Positions 50,807 to 61,034 are shown, counted from the stretch's first letter. The stretch is DNA of 64,000 bases from Acidobacteriota bacterium (GCA_963666215.2 CAXWPL010000005.1:1440001-1504000); one strand, 5' to 3'. Numbers and translations: made by a program. The notes: generated from the letters alone by a model not told the origin.

Positions 50807-52096
50807 TCATGCGATGGCGCGATCCTCAGCGATGAGAAACGCCGTAGCGAGCGAAAGTGCGATCGCTGAGATGATCGCGAAAATCGTGAGCAACGCCGGC
50901 CAACCCTGGTCCCGGATCACCGCGCCGGCCAATGGCGCAAAGATCATGGTGGCCCCGTAGCCGCAGGCATCGATCAGCCCGATCAGCACACCGGATCGCG
51001 CACGTCCGAACTGAATCGAGAACACACTCATGGGGATGTAGTACGCGGGCGATACCGCGAGCCCGAAGAGGAATGTCGCCGCCACGGCAACGCCCAATGC
51101 GGCGGCTGCGTCCAGCTCGAGTTCTGGCAAAAAACGAATCAAGACAATGGCCGCCAGCCCGACCGCCAACAAACCGCCCAGGACACGCACCCGACCGGCG
51201 GGGCTCAGCCTGTCATACAGCAGCCCCCCAGCCAGAACAGAAATGAAGGATCCGGCCGGAAAGGCCGACGAAGCCATGCCCGCTGCTCCGGATTCGATGG
51301 CGAAGTTCTGCTTGAAATACAGAGGTAGGAAGCTGAGGAACTCCATCTGGATCGTCATGGCCATCATGGCCAGGCAGATCAACTGGACGCGTCGGCTCTT
51401 CGCGAAGTGAATCAGCGTCGCCCCGAGCGTCTCCTGCCAATCCAACAGCCCCAACCGCACTTCTTCGCTCTCCACGGGTCCCGGGTTGGGCGACGCCAGA
51501 CCCCTTTGGCCAGGGCTGTCCTTCAGATAGATGAAGTCGAGCCCCACGATCAGCGCTGTGATCATTCCGGATACGTAGAAGAGCCAGCGCCAGGGCAGCA
51601 CCACCAGGAGTGCGCCCAGCAGGAAGCTGGAGATCACGCTGCTGGCCCGGGAGCTGGTTGCGATGACGCCCCATATCCGCCCGTGCCTGGCCGCGTCGAA
51701 CCACGCTCCGATGAGCTTTGCCATGGCGGGCCAGGCGCCCGCCTTCGTCAGCTGGGCCAGGAAGTTCATCAGCATGAACAGGAGGTGCGCCGACGAGGCC
51801 CCGAAGATCACCGTTGCGGCGCCGGTCAGCGACGTTGCGAGTAGGAAGAGCCGACGCCCACCCAGGGCGTCCGCGATTGCGCCGTTGAGTAACTTGCCTG
51901 CAAGTGCGCCCGCGGCCCCCCAACCCAAGAGGGCACCGAAGCCGGCCACATCCAAGCCGAGGGCGGGGTCGTCGATCATCTCAGGAGATGCAATCGAAAC
52001 AGCGGTCCGGCACAGGACCAGCCCCGCGTAGCCGCCGTACATGCAGAGGACGGTGGTCAGCTCCCAGCGCAGTCGATCCCGGGCAAGTTCTGGCAT
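50807..52096 (-). CDS. MFS transporter, GlpT/UhpC-like
   Basis: GKLLNGAIADALGGRR, AWPAMAKLIGAWF..GRIWG; many TM segments; start could be 52126. Confidence 0.82.
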   Translation of the reverse strand: MPELARDRLRWELTTVLCMYGGYAGLVLCRTAVSIASPEMIDDPALGLDVAGFGALLGWGAAGALAGKLLNGAIADALGGRRLFLLATSLTGAATVIFGASSAHLLFMLMNFLAQLTKAGAWPAMAKLIGAWFDAARHGRIWGVIATSSRASSVISSFLLGALLVVLPWRWLFYVSGMITALIVGLDFIYLKDSPGQRGLASPNPGPVESEEVRLGLLDWQETLGATLIHFAKSRRVQLICLAMMAMTIQMEFLSFLPLYFKQNFAIESGAAGMASSAFPAGSFISVLAGGLLYDRLSPAGRVRVLGGLLAVGLAAIVLIRFLPELELDAAAALGVAVAATFLFGLAVSPAYYIPMSVFSIQFGRARSGVLIGLIDACGYGATMIFAPLAGAVIRDQGWPALLTIFAIISAIALSLATAFLIAEDRAIA

Positions 52097-52146
52097 CCGG
52101 CTGCGACCGTAGCATGTGGCCTGCATCCGTTTGGAGTGGCGAGAAC

Positions 52147-54491
52147 ACGGGTAGGAAATCGCCTTTCTGAGCATGAGGAGCATGAGGGTTTTCGGAGGCC
52201 TGGGCGAGAGCTGGAGGTCCTGGGGGTGACTTCTCGGCGGCTCGACAGCGGGATTAGAGTGCGCGGGCCTGGCGGCAGGTGGGTCGCGAGAGTGCTTGGG
52301 GGCGTGCGCGGCAGCGGGGCCCCCAGGAGTCCCCGGAGGGGGGCCTTTGCTTCACTCTGTCTGTTGTTTTCGTTACCCTGGAAGCTCGCAGTAGGTGGTC
52401 GCGCCCCCTACGGGAGAAAACGATGATGAGAAAAGTCCATCGCATCGCCGCGCTGACGGTCTGCGTATCGTGTGCCACATACGGCGCCGCAAGCGGGCAG
52501 CGCAATGCTTATTTCGGCGATCTGCACATCCATACGCGATATTCCCTCGACGCCTTCGTTTTCGGCACCCGCGCTTCACCCGACGTCGCCTACAGCTATG
52601 CGCGCGGGGAGGCGATCACACATCCCGCCGGCTACCAGATCCAGCTCGATCGCGCGCTCGATTTCTACGCCGTCACCGACCACGGCGCCTATCTGGGCCT
52701 GTGGTCGGCGATGACCGACCCTGCTCATCCGCTCCACGACGCTCCCGAAACCCGTCGCTTCTTCGATCCGAAGACCATCAACGAGAGATACGCGGCCTTC
52801 CGGGCCGGCTCCTCGTTTCTCCGGGACCATCCCGACCCAGAGGCCTCACGTTCGGCCTGGCGGGAGATCATCGCCTCGGCGGAGCGCAACTACGAGCCGG
52901 GCAAGCTCACCACCTTCGTCGCCTATGAGTTCACGTCGTCGTACCCCGAGGGGGCCAATCAACACCGCAACGTCATCTTTCGCGGCGCGAATGCGCCCGA
53001 GCTGCCCTTCACCCGACTCGACTCGCCGAACCCCGAGGATCTCTGGGACTGGCTCGATGGTTTGCGAGCACAGGGCATCGAGGCGCTCGCCATCCCCCAC
53101 AACTCGAACCAGAGCGATGGCTACAAGTTCGCGCGCCAGAAGATGTCCGGGGAGCCCTTCGACGCGGCATACGCCCGACTGCGGATGCGCAATGAACCCT
53201 TGGTCGAGATGACACAGATCAAGGGCACCTCGGAGACACATCCGCTACTTTCCCCCAACGACGAGTGGGCCGACTTCGAGATCGAGCTTCTCACCCCGGC
53301 CGAATCGAGCCTCGACAAACTCCGTGGAAGCTATGTGCGCGACGCCTACCTTGCCGGTCTCGGCTTCGAGGAAAGGGAGGGCTTCAACCCCTACCGGTTC
53401 GGGGTGATCGGTGCGAGCGACAGCCATAATGCGGGAGCCGCTTACCAGGAGTCGTCCTACTTCTCCAAGCTCGGGATCATCGATGGGATGCCCGAGGGGC
53501 GGGGATCAGTGCCCCCGGGAGGAGCTACCAGCTGGAAGGACGCAGAGCGAGCCCCCGGATCCGACGCGACGACCTCAGGGCCGCTACCGGCAACGGAGAG
53601 GTTCGCGACCTGGGGCGCTTCAGGTCTGGCGGGCGTATGGGCCGAGGAGAACACGCGCGAATCGATCTACGACGCCTTCCGCCGCAAAGAGACCTTCGCC
53701 ACCACCGGACCACGGATCCGTGTGCGTTTCTTCGGCAGCTACGGCTTCGGCGACGATCCGCTAGAAGACGAGGATCTCGTGACGAAGGCCTACGAGCACG
53801 GGGTACCGATGGGCGCCGACCTCCCTGCGCGGCGGCGTGGCGTGCCGCAATTCCTGATCTGGGCGATGCAGGACCCCGAGTCCGCCAAGCTTGACCGTGT
53901 TCAAGTGATCAAGGGCTGGATCGAGGACGGCGAGCCACAGGAGCGGGTCTACGATGTCGCCTGCTCCGACGGTCTGGAGGTCGACTCCGAGACCCACCGC
54001 TGTCCCGATAACGGCGCTCAGGTGGACCTCACAGACTGCACCGTCAGCGCCGACGTCGGTTCAACGCAGCTCAAGACACTCTGGACCGATCCCGAGTTCG
54101 ACCGCCGTCAACGTGCCTTCTATTACCTGCGAGCCCTGGAGAATCCGACCTGCCGCTGGACCACCTGGGACGCCATCCGGGCGGGCACGCCGCCCCGGCC
54201 CGGTCCTGCGGCAACGCTTCAGGAGCGCGCCTACTCATCTGCGATCTGGTTGATACCGCGATAAGGAGTGGCCCGCAACTCGCCAGCTCTCCGAGCAGCT
54301 TGCGGTCGTCACGCTCCGCTCCGGCCGCCGCCGGCGATAGGCCTGGCTGTGAGCCGCCTCTGCCATTGCCTCCCGTCGAAGACAAGAGACGGAAAGCGGC
54401 GCTCAGATCTGGCACCGATCGCACCTGATGCTCTTCCGCCCCGAGCTCGGCTTCCGCTCGAACCTCGCCGGGGAGCGACCGTGGGCGGCAG
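52147..54491 (-). mobile_element. IS91-like derivative enclosing a DUF3604 gene
   Basis: 52147-52344 matches 2934-3131 (ori end); 54310-54491 matches 3985-4166 (transposase start and leader). Confidence 0.75.
52423..54264 (+). CDS. DUF3604 metallohydrolase 3
   Basis: GDLHIHT, TDH, GASDSH, QERAYSS. Confidence 0.88.
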   Translation: MMRKVHRIAALTVCVSCATYGAASGQRNAYFGDLHIHTRYSLDAFVFGTRASPDVAYSYARGEAITHPAGYQIQLDRALDFYAVTDHGAYLGLWSAMTDPAHPLHDAPETRRFFDPKTINERYAAFRAGSSFLRDHPDPEASRSAWREIIASAERNYEPGKLTTFVAYEFTSSYPEGANQHRNVIFRGANAPELPFTRLDSPNPEDLWDWLDGLRAQGIEALAIPHNSNQSDGYKFARQKMSGEPFDAAYARLRMRNEPLVEMTQIKGTSETHPLLSPNDEWADFEIELLTPAESSLDKLRGSYVRDAYLAGLGFEEREGFNPYRFGVIGASDSHNAGAAYQESSYFSKLGIIDGMPEGRGSVPPGGATSWKDAERAPGSDATTSGPLPATERFATWGASGLAGVWAEENTRESIYDAFRRKETFATTGPRIRVRFFGSYGFGDDPLEDEDLVTKAYEHGVPMGADLPARRRGVPQFLIWAMQDPESAKLDRVQVIKGWIEDGEPQERVYDVACSDGLEVDSETHRCPDNGAQVDLTDCTVSADVGSTQLKTLWTDPEFDRRQRAFYYLRALENPTCRWTTWDAIRAGTPPRPGPAATLQERAYSSAIWLIPR

Positions 54492-54603
54492 GTCGGTGAC
54501 CGGTTGCGAGGCGTGACGAGCGCTCCGCCGACGAGTACGCCGGGGGCAGGGGACGGGGATAGGGGTCTTATGTCAACGGGGGTGTCTAATGCCGCCTTTA
54601 GTC

Positions 54604-55425
54604 TTACTCCTTGGGTTGAGCGTATGAGAAGGGGAACAGTGGCCCGAGTTCAATTGCGTCGGTTCGGAAATGGGCGATGGCTTGGTACTCGTCACTTGCG
54701 ATCATTTCTAGGAAGGTCTCGATGGACGGGTAGCTGACGAGTAGCAGGCGATCGATTTCTTCGTCGGAGATGACGGGGCCGACACCTTTTAGGACGTAGA
54801 CGGTAGCGCCGCCGCGCTTCTTGACCCCCGTGCTCGCGGGGGGGCCGTATTTTGTAAAGTATTGTTCTCGACCGGCGTCGCCGGCGAAGCGCAGCAGGTT
54901 AAGGATGTAGACCGTGTCAGCGCTCGGAGGCGGCGAAAGGACCGGCATCGGGAAGTTCCTCGGCGGAGGGGAAGGCATCTCGCCGGAAAAGGCGTAGACG
55001 AATGACGCGTCGACGGAGGCCAAGCGATTCGGAAGCGCGCCTTCGGTGCTGCCGGCCATGTCCATGACGGCCTGCATGGAGGGGTATTTGCGGAATGTCA
55101 CGCGGTCCCAGCTGGTGTGATCGACCGCGCCCAGAGTGTGAAGGTGGGGAACGGGCTCGGTGCCGTTCAGTTTGGTCGCGTCGACCTTGCGCGCGGTGCC
55201 ACGGAACACGACCGCGCCGCCGAGGCTCTTGAGTTTCTCTTCGACGATGCCGTCGTAGATGGCGTATTTCTCTTCGCCGCCAGGCTTGAACTTGACGAGG
55301 TCCATGACGACGACGGGGCCTTCTACGTTGGCTCTGAGGAGGTCGGCTATGCCGCCGACGTCCTGGGCGGAGGCGGTGGTGTTAACTAACAGAATGGAAA
55401 GAATCGTTGCGATAATATTCGTCAT
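54604..55425 (-). CDS. Exported protein with tandem DUF1330-like domains
   Basis: Signal peptide; VVMDLVKF..WDRV..YPS and YILNLLRF..YPS repeats. Confidence 0.65.
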   Translation of the reverse strand: MTNIIATILSILLVNTTASAQDVGGIADLLRANVEGPVVVMDLVKFKPGGEEKYAIYDGIVEEKLKSLGGAVVFRGTARKVDATKLNGTEPVPHLHTLGAVDHTSWDRVTFRKYPSMQAVMDMAGSTEGALPNRLASVDASFVYAFSGEMPSPPPRNFPMPVLSPPPSADTVYILNLLRFAGDAGREQYFTKYGPPASTGVKKRGGATVYVLKGVGPVISDEEIDRLLLVSYPSIETFLEMIASDEYQAIAHFRTDAIELGPLFPFSYAQPKE

Positions 55426-55480
55426 CGGCAATTCTCCAACACTAAAGGAACTAAAAGGGGTTAATCAGGCAAGGCAAAAC

Positions 55481-56386
55481 TCAAATTACGCCACCCAGCG
55501 ATGACTCGGGCAGGGTCGGCACGGTGGCCGGGCTGCAGATCCGACTCATGGCCGCCGCCTTGTGGCGATAGATGTCGCGGAACTCGGGGGTCAATTCTAT
55601 CTCCATAAAGTCGTGCAAGCTGGGGTAGCGCACGATGTTCAGGCGCCACCAGCGGACGTCGGGAGGGTTGAGGGCGTCGGGCACGTCGGCGCCGGCCAGG
55701 AGCTCGCGGTCCAGCGTCGCCAGCTCCCCGCCGCCCCGGTAGCGTCCGTAGGCGTCGAGGCCGGACGAGCCGGGATACTCGCCGTCGGGGTAGTACGCCT
55801 CCTCGCGGAGCTCGATGAGGTTCACGACATGAATTGCCGTGTCCGCCGCATCGTCGGAGGTCACCTGCCGCGGCGCTGCGGGTGGCTGCCGTGGCACGGC
55901 CACCACCACCTGCCCGGCCGCCACCGCGGCCTCACGATGCACGAGGGCCGCCTCCTGCGCTGCGCTGCGCTCCACCGTTTCCCACGCTCGCCAGCTCGGG
56001 TAGTGCTTCAACACCACGATGTCCCAGTCGCAGTAGGGCTTGATGGGCCAGTCCTCTGGGCGACCGGGTATCGTCCGGCGTAGGACGTTGTTCACGAGCA
56101 GGGTCGTCACGCCGGCCTCTTCCTCGACCGCACGCAGGCCCGCGAGATAGGCATGGTAGGCGGCTGTGGGAGTCTTGAGACCGAACGCTGTGCCGTCCGG
56201 GTAGGCGACAGCTCGCCGCAGCTTCACTTCCTCCAGGCGGTGGAAGGCGCCGTCGCCGTGACTCTCGGCCAGACGCGCCCCCAGCTCGGTCCGGGGGGCG
56301 TCCTGCGCCACCACCGCGCCACCGGCGAACGCCAGGTAGAAGACTAGGCTCAGACCTGAGCGAGGCACCATCGTACGATCGGTCAT
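55481..56386 (-). CDS. Exported protein with tandem DUF1330-like domains
   Basis: A.YPDG, WDIV..YPS, HREAA and VVNLI..YPDG..RYPS..HKAAA. Confidence 0.6.
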   Translation of the reverse strand: MTDRTMVPRSGLSLVFYLAFAGGAVVAQDAPRTELGARLAESHGDGAFHRLEEVKLRRAVAYPDGTAFGLKTPTAAYHAYLAGLRAVEEEAGVTTLLVNNVLRRTIPGRPEDWPIKPYCDWDIVVLKHYPSWRAWETVERSAAQEAALVHREAAVAAGQVVVAVPRQPPAAPRQVTSDDAADTAIHVVNLIELREEAYYPDGEYPGSSGLDAYGRYRGGGELATLDRELLAGADVPDALNPPDVRWWRLNIVRYPSLHDFMEIELTPEFRDIYRHKAAAMSRICSPATVPTLPESSLGGVI

Positions 56387-56455
56387 CGCGACCTCCTTTC
56401 GTTGGCACATAAATCGTGGATGAATACCTACAGACCACTAAATACGGTATGTTTA

Positions 56456-56475
56456 GAGTCCGCCCCTGGGCACCA
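56456..56475 (+). other. Short tRNA 3'-end fragment (att-like)
   Basis: GAGTCCGCCCCTGGGCACCA followed by a T-run, at the start of a lower-GC tract. Confidence 0.5.
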
Positions 56476-56602
56476 TCTTTTTTCAGTGTATACCAGACAC
56501 ATCTGTCTCATGAGTTGATCCCTTGCGAATTTCTTAAGCTATTAAACTATTAGTGTCCCCAATTGGTTACTGGCGCTGATATTAACTGTGATGAAAATCA
56601 TC

Positions 56603-56711
56603 TCACCGAACCGGGCTTGACCAGGCGACTGCATCGTTGGCCTGCTCGATCTTGAAATAATGGTAGTCGCCCTGATCAGGATTATCAGTATCGGTGAATG
56701 CAAAGTTAAGG
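56603..56711 (-). pseudogene. C-terminal fragment of a protein like 33067-35652
   Basis: DTDNPDQGDYHYFKIEQ..AWSSP versus DLDNPQPGDYYYVRVRQ..AWSSP. Confidence 0.65.
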
Positions 56712-56741
56712 ACGGATAGGAAATCGCTCTTCTGAGCATGA
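56712..56741 (-). mobile_element. Isolated IS91-like ori end
   Basis: ACGGATAGGAAATCGCTCTTCTGAGCATGA matches 2934 and 52147. Confidence 0.7.
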
Positions 56742-57287
56742 TGCGATCCGGTAGTGACAAAGAAAATGGAGTTTGAATTATGCCTCGAGTAGTAGAGACT
56801 ATTCCTGATGCATTGGCTGCAGAGGCCGAGGCCGCCCGGGCTTGGTTCTCCAAGGAAAGCGGAAGTGATTTCAAGTTGACCGGGATTGTCGATCCCCCCG
56901 TTCGCTTCGCTCACGAAGGTGCCAGCCTCTTGTTGAGGACCCGCGCGGCGGACCACCCGGGAGCAGATCCATCTGAATGGAGGGCAGAATGTTCGGCTGG
57001 CACCCTGGCAGCTGAAGGCTGCCGGGCCCGCGCCTCTTTGTTGGGGTGCTCTCGCAGGATGGGGGACCGGGGTGCCCGGCGGCTGGTCGAGTCACGGAAA
57101 CGCGGGTGCTCTTCTTCGGGCGCGGCCGGTCAGAGCCATCTCAATCGAGATTCGCCAGACTTTGAGGTCAAAAGAGAATCTAAAAGAATACGGGGAAATT
57201 AGAATTTCAACTACCGCTGCCCATACACAGATATCCAGCACGGTACCTCTCAAACCTCTTTATATCTTATTCGCGCCCATTACTAGC

Positions 57288-57980
57288 CTATTTGCCGGAA
57301 ATGACTCGCAGATTGCTAAAGTAACCCACCGTACCTGGGCCGATACGTAGTGCGATGGCGCCTTTAACATCACCCAGTTTAAGGTCGTTCACAATCAGGG
57401 TCGGTTGATCAGAACCGTGCACATAGAGTTGGGCTGTCGTACCCGCTACCTCTACTTTCATCTTCGTCCACTCTCCCGGAACCAGATCGACATACGCTTC
57501 GTATTTGGAAGGGACCGATTCTCTCAGGGTTCGCCATGAGTAGTCCGGAAAGGACACATACTGGCTAGCATGATTGCGGCGGACCTGATCGTTGGCCCTT
57601 CCGTTGGTCGGTCGAAGATAAATGCATTCATACTCGGAGACGTCTGTATTCACATGGAAAGCAACTCCGATGAACCCACGTGCCCCAGGGTTGGCTCCAG
57701 GAAGTGGCATCCCAGCAACATCGACTTCGATCACGCCGTTGTGAAAATCGAATTGTTCAATTACCAGCAACTTGTCGGGACCGGAATTCTTGAATGCCTC
57801 CGCTTCAGTCACACGCAGCGCTTTCCTCCCCTTGTAGTTCGTAGTCTCGACTACCACCTTGTGAGGGTGGAGCGATTCCAGCTTGTGCAAATCAATCTCT
57901 TCAGCGAAACTAACAATTGGTAGGGAGATCAGCCAAGCGAGGGTAAAATATTTGGGAAGTTGTTGGAAGAAAAAGAGCAC
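57288..57980 (-). CDS. Exported hypothetical protein, DUF1080-like beta-sandwich; lower GC
   Basis: GVIEVDV, RGFIGVAF, YLRPTNGR..RRNH, W..MKVEV, YFSNLRV. Confidence 0.65.
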   Translation of the reverse strand: MLFFFQQLPKYFTLAWLISLPIVSFAEEIDLHKLESLHPHKVVVETTNYKGRKALRVTEAEAFKNSGPDKLLVIEQFDFHNGVIEVDVAGMPLPGANPGARGFIGVAFHVNTDVSEYECIYLRPTNGRANDQVRRNHASQYVSFPDYSWRTLRESVPSKYEAYVDLVPGEWTKMKVEVAGTTAQLYVHGSDQPTLIVNDLKLGDVKGAIALRIGPGTVGYFSNLRVISGK

Positions 57981-58451
57981 GATGAAAATTTAAAACTAAA
58001 AGTTGAAATGATAAGCCAAAATCCTCTGCGTCTCAGCGCCTCTGCGCGAGGCTTAATCAACTCCTCGTTCCGCCAGCTCAGCATCAATGAGATCGAGGAT
58101 CAAATGTTGGTCACGCACCAAGGCGTCCATATTGTTGGCGACTAAATGTGACCAGGAACGTTTAAACCGAGATTTGCCATTTGGTTCTCTCCTCCAGTTC
58201 GAGACCCAGGATTGGAGGCCATACTACCGGACTCGCCGCCGTGTCTTGGACGGGGCCGCCCCCAGCGAGTCTCCCAAAGCTGTGGGGGGCGAATACCCGT
58301 CACCTTCCGTAGCGGTCGGTAGAGTCGGTGAACCGCCCCGACTTCACCGGAGACTCCAAACCTTGAGAGGATTGGAGTCATGTCAAGAAGCAGATTCTCA
58401 CCAGAAGTCCGGGACCGTGCTGTACGCCTGGTCTTTGACCAGGAAGTACAG

Positions 58452-59902
58452 GGCGGATTCAACTGGTCGTCGCAACATCTCGTGATGGAGGTGTTTCGAT
58501 GGGAGTTGGCAAGTGTCAGGGTGCGATTCGAGCGATGCGTGGCCAGATGCGGTCACCTGGCCGGCCCTCGACAGCGCGGCGCGAGGACCGGATCCGGTTC
58601 TGGGAGACGATCGCTCGTGGGGCGTCCAGCGAGGACGCCGCAACAGAGGCTGGGGTGTCGCCGGCTGTCGGGTCGAGATGGTTCAGGCAAGCTGGTGGAA
58701 TGCGACCTATCTCGTTGGCTCCGGTGTCGGGGCGTTATCTGTCGTTCGCCGAGCGTGAAGAGATCGCCATCCTTCACGCTCAGCATGTTGGGGTACGTGA
58801 GATCGCTCGCCGCCTGGGTCGTTCACCGTCGACGATTTCGCGGGAGCTGCGCCGCAACGCGGCGACTCGCAGCCGTGCCGTAACTTATCGGGCCACGACT
58901 GCGCAGTGGCACGCGGAGCGGCGCGCCAGCCGTCCGAAGGTCTCCAAGCTTGCCGCGAACGATGCCTTGCGGAGTACGTGCAGAACCGCCTCGCCGGCGT
59001 GATCGCAAGGCCTGACGGGGAGCTGGTGCCGGGTCCGGATGTGCGTTGGATCGGCCGTCGGCACGGCCGTCGCCAGGATCGGCGTTGGGCGAAATCCTGG
59101 AGTCCGGAGCAGATCTCGAACCGGCTTCGGATTGATTTCCCCCATAATGAGTCGATGCGGATCTCTCACGAGGCGATCTACCAAGCGCTCTACATCCAAG
59201 GTCGAGGAGCCCTCAAACGCGAGCTCGTCGCGTGCCTGCGAACCGGGCGAGCGCTACGAGTGCCGCATGCGCGAACCCGGGGGAGAGGCAAGAAATTTGT
59301 AACTCCGGAGATCATGATCAGCGAACGCCCCGCCGAAGCCGGCGACAGGGCCGTGCCGGGTCACTGGGAAGGCGACCTGATCGTCGGGCTCGAGAGCTCA
59401 GCGATCGGGACCCTCGTCGAACGCACTACGCGGTTCACGATGCTGCTGCACCTGCCCCGCATGGAAGGGCACGGGACCGAATCGAGGGTGAAGAACGGGC
59501 CGGCCCTCGCCGGGCACGGCGCCGAAGCCGTCCGTGACGCGATCGCGGTGTCAATCACCACGCTGCCCGAGCAGCTCCGCCGGTCCTTGACCTGGGACCA
59601 GGGCGCCGAGATGGCTCAACACGCTCAACTCCGCGTCGATACCGGCCTCGCGATCTACTTCTGCGACCCGCACAGCCCCTGGCAGCGGGGCACCAACGAG
59701 AACACCAACGGACTACTACGCCAGTACTTCCCGAAGGGCACCGACCTTGTCAGATACTCCTGCGACGACCTCGCCGCGGTCGCGCTCGCACTCAACGGCC
59801 GACCCCGCAAGACCCTCGGCTGGAGAACCCCTGCCGAAGTCTTCGATGAGCTTGTACACTCTGCTCACCAAGGCAACGCTGCGACGACTCCTTGAACCCA
59901 AG
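58452..59902 (+). mobile_element. IS30-family element; transposase frameshifted near 58965
   Basis: IRs GGCGGATTCAA..GTCGTCGCA / TGCGACGAC..TTGAACCCAAG; WSPEQIS, GHWEGD, TWDQG.E, QRGTNEN.NG. Confidence 0.9.
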
Positions 59903-60316
59903 CAGTACGCCTCGAAGGCTTACCAGGATCGGCTGGCTGAGCTGCGGTTTCGCTGCAGCATGTCCGGCGTCGGAAATTGTTATGACAATGCGGTCTTGGA
60001 GAGCTTCTTCGACAGTCTCAAGACCGAGGTCTGGGACCGACCCTTCGAGACTCGTCAGCGAGCTCACGACGAAGCGGTTTCTTACCTCGAAGTGTTCTAC
60101 AACCTGAGACGCCAGCATTCGACGCTCGGATTCCTGAGCCCCGAGGCCTTCGAAGGGGCAGCGTGAACTCACGCGCGACCGGCGGTCGGATCCGAAGGGA
60201 GGCTGCGCTCCCCGAACCTCGCACAGCCTCGTCCGAAGCTGACTACCCGAACTGATGCAGAATAGGAACTGCCCCGATGGGGCTTAACTTGGTGTCCACG
60301 AAACCGTGACCGCTCA
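59903..60316 (+). mobile_element. 3' part of a second IS3-family element
   Basis: QYAS..SMSGVGNCYDNAVLESFF..YN.RRQHSTLG; end GTGTCCACGAAACCGTGACCGCTCA. Confidence 0.82.
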
Positions 60317-60394
60317 GAACCCCTGCCGAAGTCTTCGATGAGTTTGTACACTCTGCTCACCAAGGCAACGTTGCGACGACCCCTTGAACCCAAG
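60317..60394 (+). repeat. Second IS30 right end
   Basis: Matches 59825-59902 with few substitutions. Confidence 0.88.
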
Positions 60395-60670
60395 CAGCAC
60401 GCCTCCCAGTGGTCAGCGATCCGGTGGGTGGCGTCGAAAATCGGCTGCTCGGCGGAGACCCTACGCAACTGGGTGCGGCAGGCCGAACGAGACGCGGGCC
60501 GAAGACCCGGTTTGACGACGAGCGAGCTCGAAGAGCTGAAACAGCTGAAGCGCGAGAACCGTGAGCTCAAGCGAGCGAACGAGATCCTGCGTAAGGCGTC
60601 GGCGTATTTCTCCCAGGCGGAGCTCGACCGCTGACCGAGGTGATGGTGTTGTTTATCGAAGAGCACCGGG

Positions 60671-61030
60671 ATGTCTGCTCTGGAGAAAACCCGAATTGTA
60701 GCGGAGGCGTCCACGAGCATCCGGGATCTATCGCTGGCCGGCATCCGGCTTCGCTACCCGAAGGCCTCAGAGGACGAATGCCGCCTGCGCTACGCATTGA
60801 TCACTCTCGGTCGATCCGTAGCCTGCCAGGCGTACCCGGAAGCCGAGGCGCTGGTCGCTCGCTGACTCCTGTGGCAGCGAACCCGATCGACGTCGCTCTT
60901 CTAGTCGCTCAGGTCCTCCAGGACTGCGAGGTGCGCTACTTGGTAGGTGGCTCGATCGCCAGCTCTGTCAGCGGCGAGCCGCGCTCGACGCTCGACGTCG
61001 ATCTCGTCGTGGAGCTGAGGCAGACACGAG
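60671..61030 (+). pseudogene. Small protein plus truncated nucleotidyltransferase (TA-like pair)
   Basis: LAGIRLRYP.ASEDE; YLVGGSIASS..GEPRSTLDVDLVV. Confidence 0.6.
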
Positions 61031-61034
61031 TCTC

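Larger units (their letters stand above)
58329..60665 (+). mobile_element. IS3-family (IS6110-like) element, orfA split by nested insertions, orfB lost
   Basis: TGAACCGCCCC left end; orfA 58380-58451 + 60395-60634 (FSPEVRDRAVRLV / KIGCSAETLRNWVRQ..AELDR). Confidence 0.85.
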
